From positions 32,736,001 through 32,800,000 of the forward strand of contig OX638154.1 in assembly GCA_951804945.1 (NCBI GenBank): a DNA stretch of 64,000 nucleotides, given 5' to 3'. This document shows positions 26,823 through 38,587 of this stretch, in pieces. The notes under the pieces were generated by a model. It searched no databases. It saw only the letters and a list, made by a program, of their open reading frames with translations, and was not told the DNA's origin. A program made the position numbers and the translations under genes. Position 1 is the stretch's first letter, and the number at the start of each line of letters is the position of its first letter. The DNA comes from Podarcis cretensis. Taxonomy: Eukaryota.

Positions 26823-29428
26823 ATATCAAGGATGATTAGACACTGCAAAAGAAAGCTTGAAGGTGAGAATATGTTTGTTTTTTTCAGTCTTCAGGTGACC
26901 ATAAACTATATAAAAAAGAATAGCCATATAAAATGGGTTAAAATGAGTTTTTTGACAGGATTGACAGCTTCCCCTTCAGAATCAGTAAAGTGGCATTCAA
27001 AACCCTACAGTGCATTAACATTTCTTACAGTTTTCCCTGAAACCTAGGAAAATGACCAATTTAGTACTTTGATTCCTGCAGTGGCAGAGCTAAGGCAGAA
27101 ACTCGTGTTTCACCCAAGCATCTGAAACTCCCCCCCCCCCAGGGTTACAATATTTCTTTTGGATTTAATAATAAAAACTCATTTATGAGTTTTGAGGTCC
27201 AAATTCTAGGACCAAGGTATTCTAATATGCACAAAGCATTTTCCCCCTTTTCTATATACTTTTAATCTGATTAACTTTTCAGAAAGCAGAGAACTTAAAA
27301 CATTCAGGTGCATGAGTTCATATAAATGATACTGCCAGAAATGTATGGGGAAATGTACTCAAACAAAATGTTAACAGAAGAAAAACGGGGGGGGGGGGAC
27401 TGAGAATCCTAATGCCTGCCTGAAACAGTTCACTGGATTTCTCACATTAAAACTATAGGCGGAACAAATATTCTAGAAAACTCATCTCTGTACTGGGAAA
27501 TTGAAACAGTTGGCATTTTATGTACCCTGGAAGACAGTGGTCAAAAAGCCTTTTGCTGTCATTGGAAAAATGTTTCTTACTTTGTTTCAATTTTTTCTAG
27601 CTTCAGCTATGAAACACTATTTAATTCCTTAGTTGGCTATATTAAATAATTTTCTAATTTAGTGTTGCCTCTGTAAGAATCTGAATGCAGTGAACAGAAC
27701 TCACTTTTTCTGTTGGATAGATGAAAAGGGGTAAACCAGCTAACACTGACCTGATTCACATGGATTATTAAGTCATTTTTTAGTGTTCTGTGTGAACATT
27801 GCCCAGTGGCTCAACTATGGCGCGATTATAGCCAACAAACCACAATCTGACGCCATGGCTTGTTGTTGGCTTATGAATCTTGATTTGTTTTAACTATGAC
27901 TTGATATTATGTGGAAAACTAGCACCCTTCCTTAACCATGAGATGTTTGGCCACCTAACCTCAGAGCTCATCAAGCTTACAAAGGTTCAAGTAGCTGAAA
28001 AACAAACCAAGCTTCAAATAAATAAGCCATGGTTCGTTGATTGACTGTGGGACAACTGGTAGCTACAGTAACTCATGGTTTCTTATATGAGCCATAGCTT
28101 AGTGTTGCATGTGAAGCAGATCAGCCAAGAGTGGCAGGGAGGGGCAGCTGCCCCCCATCAATAAAATTCAATAAAAATACATGGCAAACTGAGGTTCTGC
28201 CTCCCCCTGCTGCTAACAAAAGGCCTGTCCCCCCCCCCACAAAAATCCTGGCTACGCTAATGCTTGGATCTATCTTTAACTTATTGCCCCCCAAATGCCT
28301 AATGTTTTAAATATTCAGTCATTGATACAGTAGACAGGAATTCAATATCAAAATTATAACAGATTATGGCAAGGTGAAAGAACATGGACTACATAATAAG
28401 AATGTGTTTAGTGGAGGTCTTTGGTGAACTGCCAAAAACTGGTAAACTGATGTATCCAATTTAGATTGATATTAGACAAACTATGATAGACGTTAGCATA
28501 CATTGCAGCCTAATTGATCATGCTATTCATACACACACGTATGCTATGTACAAACATTTCCCAAAAGAAAAAGAAGTAACATAGGACGATATCCAGTGAA
28601 TTAGTTATGTTAGTGCAAGGATTTCGGGTTGTATAACAGAACTTCTCCACCCCCTCCTCCCCCTACACCCCTAAACCTATTCTGTGTCATTCCCTCCCCC
28701 CAACCCTCTGGAGAAGATTTGTGGTGTGTAAGAGGGGGAAAGAGAGGAAGGGGAGCTCCATTGCACAAACACAAATCCTTGTGCTAATGCAACTTATTTT
28801 AGATGCTGCCTATAATTTTGGAAACATTAAACAGAGCTTGCTGTGGAGGAAAGGTATTTAATAACACTTTTAGTAGCTTCTTCAAAACTACTAAAGTCAA
28901 AGCTACTTCAAAGTCAAAGAAAACCAAACTTAAATGTGAAAATTATTTTCATGAAGACATCAAGTCAATAGAGTAGAGGACAATGTTTAAAGCTTCTCAA
29001 GATACATTAAGAACAGAAATAAACAACTGAACCATAAAGGAGAGAGCAGTAACCACATAACATTACTGTGATTATGGAGAAAGTTACAGTTACAGTATTT
29101 ATTTACTCCTTTAAAATAGAAGCTGAGACATGGACGCCTAATGATCCAACAGAATATTTTAACATGATCATCTTTTCACTCTACAGTTAGTGTTAGAAAC
29201 TGCATGATATTGAATCTTATGGTTAGAGTAAAATGGCTATGATCTAAAGAACCACATAGCTGGCTCCATACACCTGTGCTAAACACTCCTTCCGACATTT
29301 TGTATTCCCCATAAGGATTGCCTCAGTTGACCAGTAGCTTGAAGCAGGACAGCCATAACTGCTCTGCAACAATTTCAGTTTCATGGAGATTTAAATAATT
29401 TATATTCTCTTGCATTATATTTTAATTA

Positions 29429-29793
29429 AAGGTAAAGGTAAAGGTACCCCTGCCCGTACGGGCCAGTCTTGACAGACTCTGGGGTTGTGCGCCCATCTCA
29501 CTTAAGAGGCCAGGGGCCAGCGCTGTCCGGAGACACTTCCGGGTCACGTGGCCAGCGTGACATCGCTGCTCTGGCCAGAGCCAGAGCCGCACACGGAAAC
29601 GCCGTTTACCTTCCCGCTGGTAAGCGGTCCCTATTTATCTACTTGCACCCGGAGGTGCTTTCGAACTGCTAGGTTGGCAGGCGCTGGGACCGAGCAGCGG
29701 GAGCGCACCCCGCCGCAGGGATTCGAACCGCCGACCTTTCGATCGGCAAGTCCTAGGCGCTGAGGCTTTAACCCACAGCGCCACCTGCGTCCC
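29429..29793 (-). mobile_element. Sauria SINE, full length, CpG-rich variant
   Basis: (ACCTTT)n tail, intact B-box; 12-bp TSD ATATTTTAATTA (29417-29428, 29798-29809). Confidence 0.93.
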
Positions 29794-32659
29794 TTTAATA
29801 TTTTAATTATGAGCAGACAAACCAATACCTGAAGGAAAGCTTCTATGAGTTCTACAATGCATGCCTCAAATGACAAACAGCCCAATCTCAACACTTGCTG
29901 CATCAGCAAACAATTCCTTCAGATGGAATATATTGACTGCTGTTTCAACATATCACAAAAAGGATCTGGGCAGATAAAAAAAATTAATTATCACCTAAAC
30001 TGACTTTGGTTCACATCCGTGTTTGGATTTTGGGAAGAACTATGGTGTAATTTCTGTTGGATGAAATCTTTCTGCTATTGTCATTCAAGACAAACTCAAG
30101 AGTTTGTGTAAGGGGAGAAATATTTTTGTTTCAAAGGACTACCAACCATGAACAAATGTCTAGCAATGTAAACTGAACTTTAGAATAAATATTCAGAGAT
30201 TTGAATTAAGGCTCAAAGCAAACAGGCAATTGCCCTAAAAATGGCAATATATACATATCTTTGTATTTACCTTTTAGGCTGTGGGCCTGTTTCAACAATT
30301 CACATAAGCGCCTAGTAGAAATATCATTTATGGAAATAGCAGGATTTACCTGTATACAAATGGGTCTTACTCAAAAATGCCAGAAAGCTACTTTGCAACT
30401 ACTCATTTCTAACCTAGAATTACATCCTCTGCAAGGAGACTAGTTAATGTCACCCTACACAGTATCTGCACCTTGTGTTCATTGATCTGATGCTGAAGTC
30501 CACAAAGTACTTAGTACTTCAGTACTTAGCAAGTGCATATAAAGTAAAGCACCAAGGACTTCATGCATCTGTAGACTAACTGTCAAACCCAAGGGGGAGG
30601 GGGAAGCTATACATTTACTTGAAAATTGCATGTCTAATGGTACCTGTAGTATATTTGCTTCTCATTTTTATTGCTTATGAATTGCTTATGAGGATGGCTT
30701 TTCTCTATACTTTTCATACACGGCTATGCTGCCTCCACAATACAACGCAACAACAACAACAACAACAACCAGTATGAACCTGTGCCAGGTAGTGTGTACA
30801 ACCTTGCCCATTAACAATATAATTCAGGGCTAGAGACCCAACTATTCATTCAAATATTTCTATATTCAAATAGATTTCTTGTAAATGCTTCTATAAAACT
30901 CGAGCAAATTATGTCATATTATTTTCTATCATTTGAATGAACTTGAGAATGGTAGCTACTCCTAGTTCAAATGGCTTGAGAACTAATGGTTCAAACTTCA
31001 TGAAAAATGGCACCCAGGAGGACCATAGTTCTTCCCAAAATCTAGTTTAAAAAATACTTGGGTAAATGCTGTTAATGACTCTATTGTTTCAATTCATTTT
31101 ATGCTTCTTTACATCTATGTTTCTAGCTTTCATTGCTCTCCTCTACTCTTCCCCTGCTCCATATCATAAATCCAGATAGCATAACTGCATAGTTTTACAT
31201 ATATTTATTGATTGCATAGCATGTAATTAATCTATTGATCATTCACATTGTCAATTAAACTTGGCTCCATTAGCCTATGTTTGTAACTAAGGCTGTAATC
31301 CATCTGTCCCCTTCTGCTTGTCAGTGGGAGATGGAAAGCAGAGCTCTCACTCTATCAGCTCTGCTGTGACAGACCAGCTCCATCAGGACTCCTCTCCCTC
31401 AACTTTCACCTTGAAGCAGCCATTTCATCAGACTGCCTCTGTGACAAAGATAGGAAGCAGGGCTCATTCCATCAGTTTGCCATCAGGCACATCCTGCCTC
31501 TGAATTGTACCAGAAGCTGGTCATTATAAGAACAGCTGTTTAAGAATTGGGGCCTGAGTTTGATTCTGTGTGCAGGAAGGGACTATATATATATTAAAAT
31601 GTATTGTATGGGAGCCTTTTTGGCTAAAGAGCAGGGTACAAACGATCTAAATAAATATATAAATCCTAACCACGGCTACTCAGAAGTCAGTCCCATTTAA
31701 TTCAATGGGGTTTACTCACAGTTAAATGGGGTTGGGAATACAGTATAAGACTGCAATCCTATACCCACTTACCTTGGGGCACATCCAACTGAACTTGGAT
31801 GGGAATTACTTCTGAACAGATATGCATATATTTCACTGTAAAGGAGGATCTCTCTGCAATTGCAACCCTGCATCCAGTTACTCAGGTACAGAACTCATTA
31901 AATTAAAGGAAACTTAACCATGCATAATTAAGGGCAGGAATGCATCCACAGCTATCACACAGCAGCACTACCACTGGGGGTGCACATATGCCATGGTAGT
32001 TTCTCTGCTCATAGAATCCTATCCAGAGAATGTTAGGCTACAGAGCTACACACACTTACATGGGAGTAAATCCTGTTGAACTGAATGGAATTCCTTCTAA
32101 GGAAACATCTTTAAGAATGCACTATTTGTTTCACTTAACATTAGCTGTGATGTGATCCACTTGTCCCATTGATTTCAAATGGCCAAAATGTAACTTTCTC
32201 CAAATTGGGGCCACAGAACTGTAGCATATTAAATGTAATTAGCACAAGCTCCTTCATTACAGGAACATTCACCTGCACATACACACCCAACTCTACAGAT
32301 CAGCCTTTCTCAGCCTTGGGTCCCCAGATGTTGGACTACAACACCCATTAACCCTAGCTAGCAGGACCAGTGGCCAGGAATGATGGAACTAATGGAACTT
32401 ATTTCAGCTACTTGAGGCATGCCCAAACGCTTGGCTGCACCCATAATGATACAACATCCCCACCCCATCTCCCAAACTACTTTAGAAAGTTTCCTCAGTC
32501 TATGGATGTGTAAACCTGCCAATTCCACTTTCTTCCAGTCTTAAATTCAGTTATCCATATCCGCACAGCAGCTTGAGATTTATTTATTTTTAAAAGTTCA
32601 TGAAAATTTGGCCTTTTTGTACAATTTTCTCCTAATACAGTATACACTCTTGTATGTAA

Positions 32660-32766
32660 AAAAGGTAAAGGAACCCCTGACCATTAGGTCCAGTCATGAC
32701 CAACTCTGGGGTTGCGGCGCTCATCTCGCTTTATTGACCAAGGGAGCCGGCATACAGCTTCCGGGT
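32660..32766 (-). mobile_element. Sauria SINE, 5'-truncated
   Basis: Matches 3' ~105 nt of the 19752 and 51554 copies. Confidence 0.88.
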
Positions 32767-34433
32767 AATATTGCCTAAAATATACCTTTTTTGCCAAACA
32801 AATTTCCCTAATGCATTTTGTATATTATTTTCAAGAATATATATATCTGAATGCACATTTTACTAGAGTATATGCATTTCTGTACATAGTACTTGTCTGA
32901 AGGACAGCACTGCAAGATCTGAGAAAGTGCTTATTTCGAAGAATGGTTGTTCATGTATTGCTGCAGAAAACGTGGATTAGGCAGATTTGCTCTTAAATGC
33001 AAACAATAAAAATGTCTTCCCCAGTCCTATCTCAGGGTCAATAGTGGTTTAGCATGCGATGTGAGGGGCTGCTGCTGCTGTTAGAGCAATGTCAGCTACA
33101 AGATCCTTGGGGCATCTCACCAGCAGCCATTGGTCAGTAGCAGTCAATGTTAAGAAACAGACCAGCAGTTCCCATGTATCAGAAGTTTTATGCACAGGTT
33201 TGCTAGCCTGTCACTGCTCTGTGAAGGTTCTACAGTTGCAGTTAACTGGACTGTCCTTACCTCCTACCCACCTCATTAATTTAACCCTTCCAAATCCGTA
33301 TATTCAAGACGGAGTAGGTAATAACACTCAGCTATATTGACAAACAAAACTGCACACCTCATTTAACTGGCCAACCTCATCCTAAACGCTAAAATGTGCA
33401 TTGTCAACCATGCATATCTTCGTCCTTAAAAGTTGTGCCTGGTTGCATTTCCACACCATGTTTTTCTATTATTCCTATTATTGATGGAAGGCATTAACAC
33501 TGAGACATGTACCAAACAACACCATAAAAAGCTAGCAAAAGGAAGAGGGTACAGGAATATAATTACAGACCCAAAATCAACAGCACCATTAACGTTTAGG
33601 CAGCGCCGTGCTTCTCCCTCTGTGCCTGCGCTGCTGGCCACAAAAGCGGTGCATGCTGCTCAATAACATGTATGCACGTTCTTATATAGTGGCAGATCTT
33701 TCCCATGAACGCACCATTAGGGGCGTAAAAGAAAGAACATTTTCGAGTCGTCCCCCCCCCCCGGGAGAAGCTGGCTCACATGTTTCATGTGCCCGTTTCC
33801 ATTAGACCAGGGCACCCCGATTCACCTTTTCCTCCCTCGCGCATCCTAGCCACCGTCCTCCATGGCACCATAGCATTGCCCCTGACCCCCACAATCGCCT
33901 CCGCCGCCGCCCCTTATTCCCTGCAGGCGGAAGAGAGCAGCTCAGGCCCCTTCCCCTGAGGACCCCACGCCAGATCTCCGAGGCAGCGACACCCAAACAT
34001 ATCTCCCCCCATCAGCAGCCTTCCTGGAGATCCCCACTCCTTCCTCTGAGGGAAGGAAAACAGCCAACAACACCCCCCCCAGGCGCCGGGAGGAGCCCCT
34101 CGACCCGCGCCCACCTTCATTTAATTGGAGACAACGCTGCCGTGCCAGGAGGAGAGCGAGGAAGGGGGGCACCCCAGCAGCCCCTCCCTGTCTCTGCCAG
34201 CCTTGCCAGGCTGGGGAAGGCACAGCTCCACCTCGCCTCCACCTGCCCTCCCCTTCAGCCGGGGGGCGACCCAGCAGGCCGCCCCCCCCCCCGCCCAGGT
34301 TGCCGTGCCCGGGGGCTGGGAGCGGGGGCGACGCCCGGGGATGGAGAGGAAGGAGCCCTCCGGGCGGCAGCTTCCCATTTGTCTCCCTTACAGCACCCAG
34401 CCAGGCAGGCGGCTCGCCGCTCCCTGTCCCTAC

Positions 34434-34556
34434 CGGGCCGACGCTGGTGTCCCCAGAAGCGCAGAGCAGGGGGGCGCAGAGGAGGAGGAGGAGGAGGAGC
34501 AGGCGGCGGCACCCCCAGGCAGGGGCTCCACGGCATCCCCGCTGCCTCCGCTCCAT
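34434..34556 (-). CDS. MMP24: MMP24 exon 1 coding part (signal peptide)
   Basis: gccATGG Kozak context in CpG island; MERRQRGCRGAPAWGCRRLLLLLLLLCAPLLCASGDTSVGP; phase-0 donor CCG|gtaggg. An alternative in-frame donor exists at 34392 and an upstream in-frame ATG at 34568. Confidence 0.8.
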
Positions 34557-34610
34557 GGCGGGGCCCATCCCTGCACCTGCTCAGGCAGGGAGAGCAGGGC
34601 CTGGCCGACC

Positions 34611-34620
34611 GCGCATGCGC
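34611..34620. promoter_or_regulatory. NRF1-type palindromic site
   Basis: Perfect GCGCATGCGC 55 bp upstream of MMP24 ATG. Confidence 0.6.
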
Positions 34621-34682
34621 CCGGCCACAGAGGTGGGAAGGGGACGCGATGCAACTCAACCCCGCTGGTTCCTTGAGGTAAT

Positions 34683-34700
34683 CGCGCGCGCGCGCGCGCG
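34683..34700. repeat. (CG)9 alternating purine-pyrimidine tract
   Basis: cgcgcgcgcgcgcgcgcg read directly. Confidence 0.95.
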
Positions 34701-35415
34701 CCAACACAGGGACACACACAGAGAGACGCACACGCAGACAGTGCCCACCGCCCGCCCAGGGAGCCTCCTTCCCAGGTGGCGGGAAAGAAAGATTTCCGTT
34801 CCAGGTCTCCCTGTCTGAAGGGCGCGCCTTGGAGAAGCTCGCCAAGGGTGGGCACCATGGGTGGCAAACGCGGCGCCGCTTGAGGAGAAGGGCGGGCGGG
34901 CGAGGTTTGGTCTTAGACCGGGTTGGAAAGACGGCACTAAAAAAAAAAGAAGAAGAATAAGGCTGAAGGGCTCCAAGATGCTCGCCAAAGCATGGGGGGA
35001 AGTATCAACAACAGAACGGGCTCTAAAGTTCTTTTGGCGCGCAATCCTCACCATGCCTACTTTTGAATACAGTGGCGCTTGCAACCTTAGATATCAAGTG
35101 TCTTGATTGCAGATGGTCACCGTGTGAAAGTTCCTGATGCTGTTATCCTGGATTATTCAATCTGAAATTATCCACCACTGGCTACCCCTTTAAAGCGTCT
35201 TTGGTATTTTTTTATTTTTTTAATACATGCAGACTTGAATTACAACCCAATTCTATTAAACACAATGACTAAGTAACATTGTATAATGGGGCTAACTTTC
35301 AAGTGATTTTTTTTTCATTATTATCCTTTTTACTTGTGTCTCGGAATCCCTTTATTTACTAGTAAATTTGCTTCAAGGTGATGCTTATCACTTCCATCTC
35401 CCTAATTATTATGAC

Positions 35416-35492
35416 CAGTGCTTTTTTTCCTAGAAAAAGAGGTGCAGAGCTGGTACTGAGTACCCTTGAATACCCCTTGGAAAAAAGCACTG
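35416..35492. mobile_element. 77-bp hAT-type MITE
   Basis: TIR CAGTGCTTTTTT..CC / GGAAAAAAGCACTG; 8-bp ATTATGAC at 35408-35415 and 35499-35506. Confidence 0.72.
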
Positions 35493-36321
35493 ATTATAAT
35501 TATGACCCAACACCCACCCCCCACAGAGGTTTAAGTGTATTGAGAGGTAACCTAAGTAATTTTAAGTATGCAAACTTGTGGCTCTCATACCAAGTGAGAA
35601 AGCAGGGGTAAACCAAGTTCTGAGAAATATCATTTAGCTTTTTCATTCTAGATATGGAATGCTAAATTAGCAGGTTAGAGATCTATGGTGACTGTGACAC
35701 AATGTCATGGTCTGGTTGGACGCAGAGGAATGGTGGGAGGAAGGAGCTGGAGAACCACCAAGAGAAGGCTCAGCGCCCAGGGAGGAGGGATGGGACCACC
35801 ACTCCAGTTCTCCTATTCTCTTAAAGGTGGCATGGAGGACCAATTGTGCTGAAAGAGACAGAGAGAGACCCTCTTGATGTAAGTGCAGCCATGATTGCTT
35901 CTCTCTCAGTCAGACTTTGCTCGCAAGCAGCATGACCTATTTAGCTAGTACCTGCTCTTCTTAGAAAAAGTTACACTGTTAACCTGACACACTTTGTGGT
36001 TGGAAGTTTACTGTCAGTGTCAAAAAGGCAACGTCCAAGGAGGTGATAGAAACCTGTGGAAGCCTGCTTTTTAGGGACCTAAGCCTAGTCCTAACTGAAT
36101 GCTGACTACAGTGTTTTTCCATTTTGATACCCATGTATAAGATGGATGCTAATTAACAAGGAGTTGAATGCTTGTTTTTAGACAATCATTTATGTATTTC
36201 TATGATCACACATGTATGTGACCAAAAGGTAACATGGTCACACTTTTTTTCATATAACAATGTATGGGACCTTAAAGGTACTGACCAGGCACTCTGAGGA
36301 GTTGCAGTGATTTTTTGGGTG

Positions 36322-36600
36322 TTAAACCTATTGAAATGGATCTAGAAAATCAGTTTCCTCCAAGAGCACATGGATGTGGTCTGCAACCACCCACTCAAGA
36401 ACCTTGCCCAAGGAGGAGAAATTGGCAACTGGCCAGACGTTACTTAGATTTTCCAAGTCCAGGGTTTCTTGAGGAGTGGTTTTACCACTGCCTCCTTCAA
36501 GCAGGCAGGGACTACTCCCTCTCACAAGGAGGCATTCATCACCTCCCTGCCTAGCCAGCTGCGCCCTCCCTGCTAGTTTTTACTAGAATCACTCCAGAGC
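36322..36600 (-). mobile_element. L2-like LINE reverse-transcriptase fragment (inverted 5' part)
   Basis: VMNASL*EGVVPACLKEAVVKPLLKKP...PVANFSSLGKVLEWVVA...EETDFLDPFQ. Confidence 0.8.
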
Positions 36601-36699
36601 CAGCCACCTTGGCATGGATGACACAGTCAGACCTAGTGGAAACCCCACTATTAAAAATAAGTGCTTTGCTCAAGTAATGGTTACAATAAGTTATCTCTC

Positions 36700-37350
36700 T
36701 CACAGGTTGCTGGGTGGGATTATCCGGAGGTTCAGAGTACGTTGTCAGCAGTATGCTGATGACCCTCAGCACTATTTCTCCGTACATCTGCAGGCGAGGC
36801 AGTGGAAGTGCTGGACCAGTGTCTTGCCTTGGTAATGGATTGGATGAGAGCCAATAAACAGGAACTCAATCCAGATAAGACTGAGGCACTGTTAGCGGGT
36901 GGTTCCCTAGACCAGATGGGTGGGAGATCGCCTGCCTCTTGATGGGGTTACACTTCCTCTGAAGAAGCAGGTTTCTAGCTTGGGGGTACTCCCGGATCCA
37001 TTGCTGTTGCTCGAGGGTCAGGTGGCCTCAGTGAGCCAGAGTGCTCACCAGCTTCGGCTGGTGGCCCAGCTACACCCCTATCTGGACAGGGATAGCCTAA
37101 CTACTGTTGTCTATGCTCTGGTAACCTCAAAGTTAGATAACTTCAATGCATTATACATAGGGCTGCCTCTGAAGACGGTTCGGAAACTTCAGCCTGTGCA
37201 GAATTAAGACGGTTTGTGCAGAATTAAGGCGGGCCCAATTCAAAGTGCTGGCTTTGACCTATAAAGCCTTAAATGGCTCAGCACCACAATACCTCAAGAT
37301 ACCTATTTCCATATGAACCTACCCAGACCCTGAGATCACCTTCTGAGTTC
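36700..37350 (+). mobile_element. L2-like LINE reverse-transcriptase fragment (3' part)
   Basis: LGGIIRRFRVRCQQYADD; LNPDKTEALL; ALVTSKLDNFNALYIGLPLKTVRKLQPVQN. Confidence 0.85.
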
Positions 37351-37451
37351 TCCAATATGGCATACCTGTGCATGCCTCTGTTACTGAAACTTGTAACTGA
37401 CATTTTGATTCAACTGCAAAACATGCTCTATTTGTGAATTGAAAGGTCTGC

Positions 37452-37457
37452 TTTATT
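37452..37457 (-). terminator. Candidate LZTR1 polyadenylation signal (distal)
   Basis: Second minus-strand AATAAA before the LINE fragment. Confidence 0.4.
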
Positions 37458-37639
37458 CAAATACATTTTTCTTTCCAAAAGCAGTACAGTGAGAGTAGAG
37501 AAGCAACCAAAAAGAAAGCAAGCCAGCAATTCAGCTATACTCCCTTTGCGGCGGGGGGGGGGGGGGGGGGAGGGGATGTTGAGGTTGCTAATGAAAACAC
37601 ATTTAATTAAAAAAAATGCAGACAAACAAGGAGACAACT

Positions 37640-37645
37640 TTTATT
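37640..37645 (-). terminator. Candidate LZTR1 polyadenylation signal (proximal)
   Basis: AATAAA on minus strand ~830 nt after stop, followed by U/GU-rich sequence. Confidence 0.55.
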
Positions 37646-38470
37646 TGATCAATTTCTATGTGAATGTTTCAAGGTATACTGAGAACTTAAGTGTGCAAAA
37701 TACCAGGCATTAATGTTCCCTAATTAAAAGATTGCGTCAAAGGCTTTCGAGAGTACACCACATTCCAATATACATTTACATTTCTTTGCCACTCTGCTTT
37801 TCAGAAAATATATTCAACCTTTAAACTACAAACAGACACAATGAAAGGGATAACATTGTTTCGAAAAGAGTCTTTGGTGACATCTGCTTAGATGCTGGGA
37901 AAGGAAAAACATCTACGACTTGACAAATATATGCTGGATGCACCTTGTCAACAGATGCTCCATGTAGTGACTTGTTACACTGACGGAGAAGAACACAGTT
38001 TTGGCTGCTCTACTGCATTCATAATTACCTGAAACCATCAGGCACTGAATCGTTTTTCCTTCAGCTTCTATATCTCAGTCCACCTGATTAAATGTGCCAG
38101 GCAGTACTGATGGGAAAAGGAAGCAACTTCTGTGTTTGAATAAAACCATCTTGTCGTAGTTCAAATGTGTTGCTCTCAAGGACAAAGAATCAAAGAGGCA
38201 TTATCAGTAATAAAGTTAAGTAAATATCAGGCTTGTTTCTTAGTAGTGCCAACATGCTTGAGAACTGTCGTATCATCTTCTCTTTGCATCCCTGTGGTCA
38301 AGTTCAGGTTCAAATTTACCTTTCACACATTCAAAGGTTTTCATGCTTTGAGGACGTTCTTCACCAGATCAACGTGGAATGGTAACAAAGGTTAGACAGA
38401 GACTGGTGGTACAGGTAGGAAAAGTGCCATCTCTTGAAGAAAAAGTGCAATATGAAGAATATGGGAAATC

Positions 38471-38587
38471 TTAGATATCTGAGCCAAGTTCAGCACATTG
38501 CTTGTCTGATATGTGATTTGCTAATGATTCTATGATGTCAAGTAAGAGAGGCTGACCGAGGGACCGAAGGTTTGGCAATTTTGAAAC
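38471..38587 (-). CDS. LZTR1: LZTR1 last coding exon (human exon 21 equivalent), stop
   Basis: [38 protein letters not shown]; gaag acceptor; 117 nt. Confidence 0.95.
   Translation of the reverse strand, partial: VSKLPNLRSLGQPLLLDIIESLANHISDKQCAELGSDI

Larger units (their letters stand above)
33750..35050. promoter_or_regulatory. CpG island over MMP24 promoter/exon 1
   Basis: Abrupt GC- and CpG-rich segment in AT-rich background; boundaries approximate. Confidence 0.9.

Noticed and set aside
27740-28115. Loosely palindromic AACCATGGTT-rich region, with relatives at ~57760-58135 and ~15175-15310
   Set aside because: Probably an old MITE family; too degenerate to define ends or claim an RNA structure
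33802-35106. Many overlapping 140-208 aa ORFs on both strands
   Set aside because: Expected from stop-codon scarcity in a GC-rich CpG island; only the signal-peptide part fits MMP24
37553-37575. Poly-G tracts (also ~27128, 27388, 39888) as G-quadruplex elements
   Set aside because: Simple homopolymers of uncertain length; no positional evidence of function
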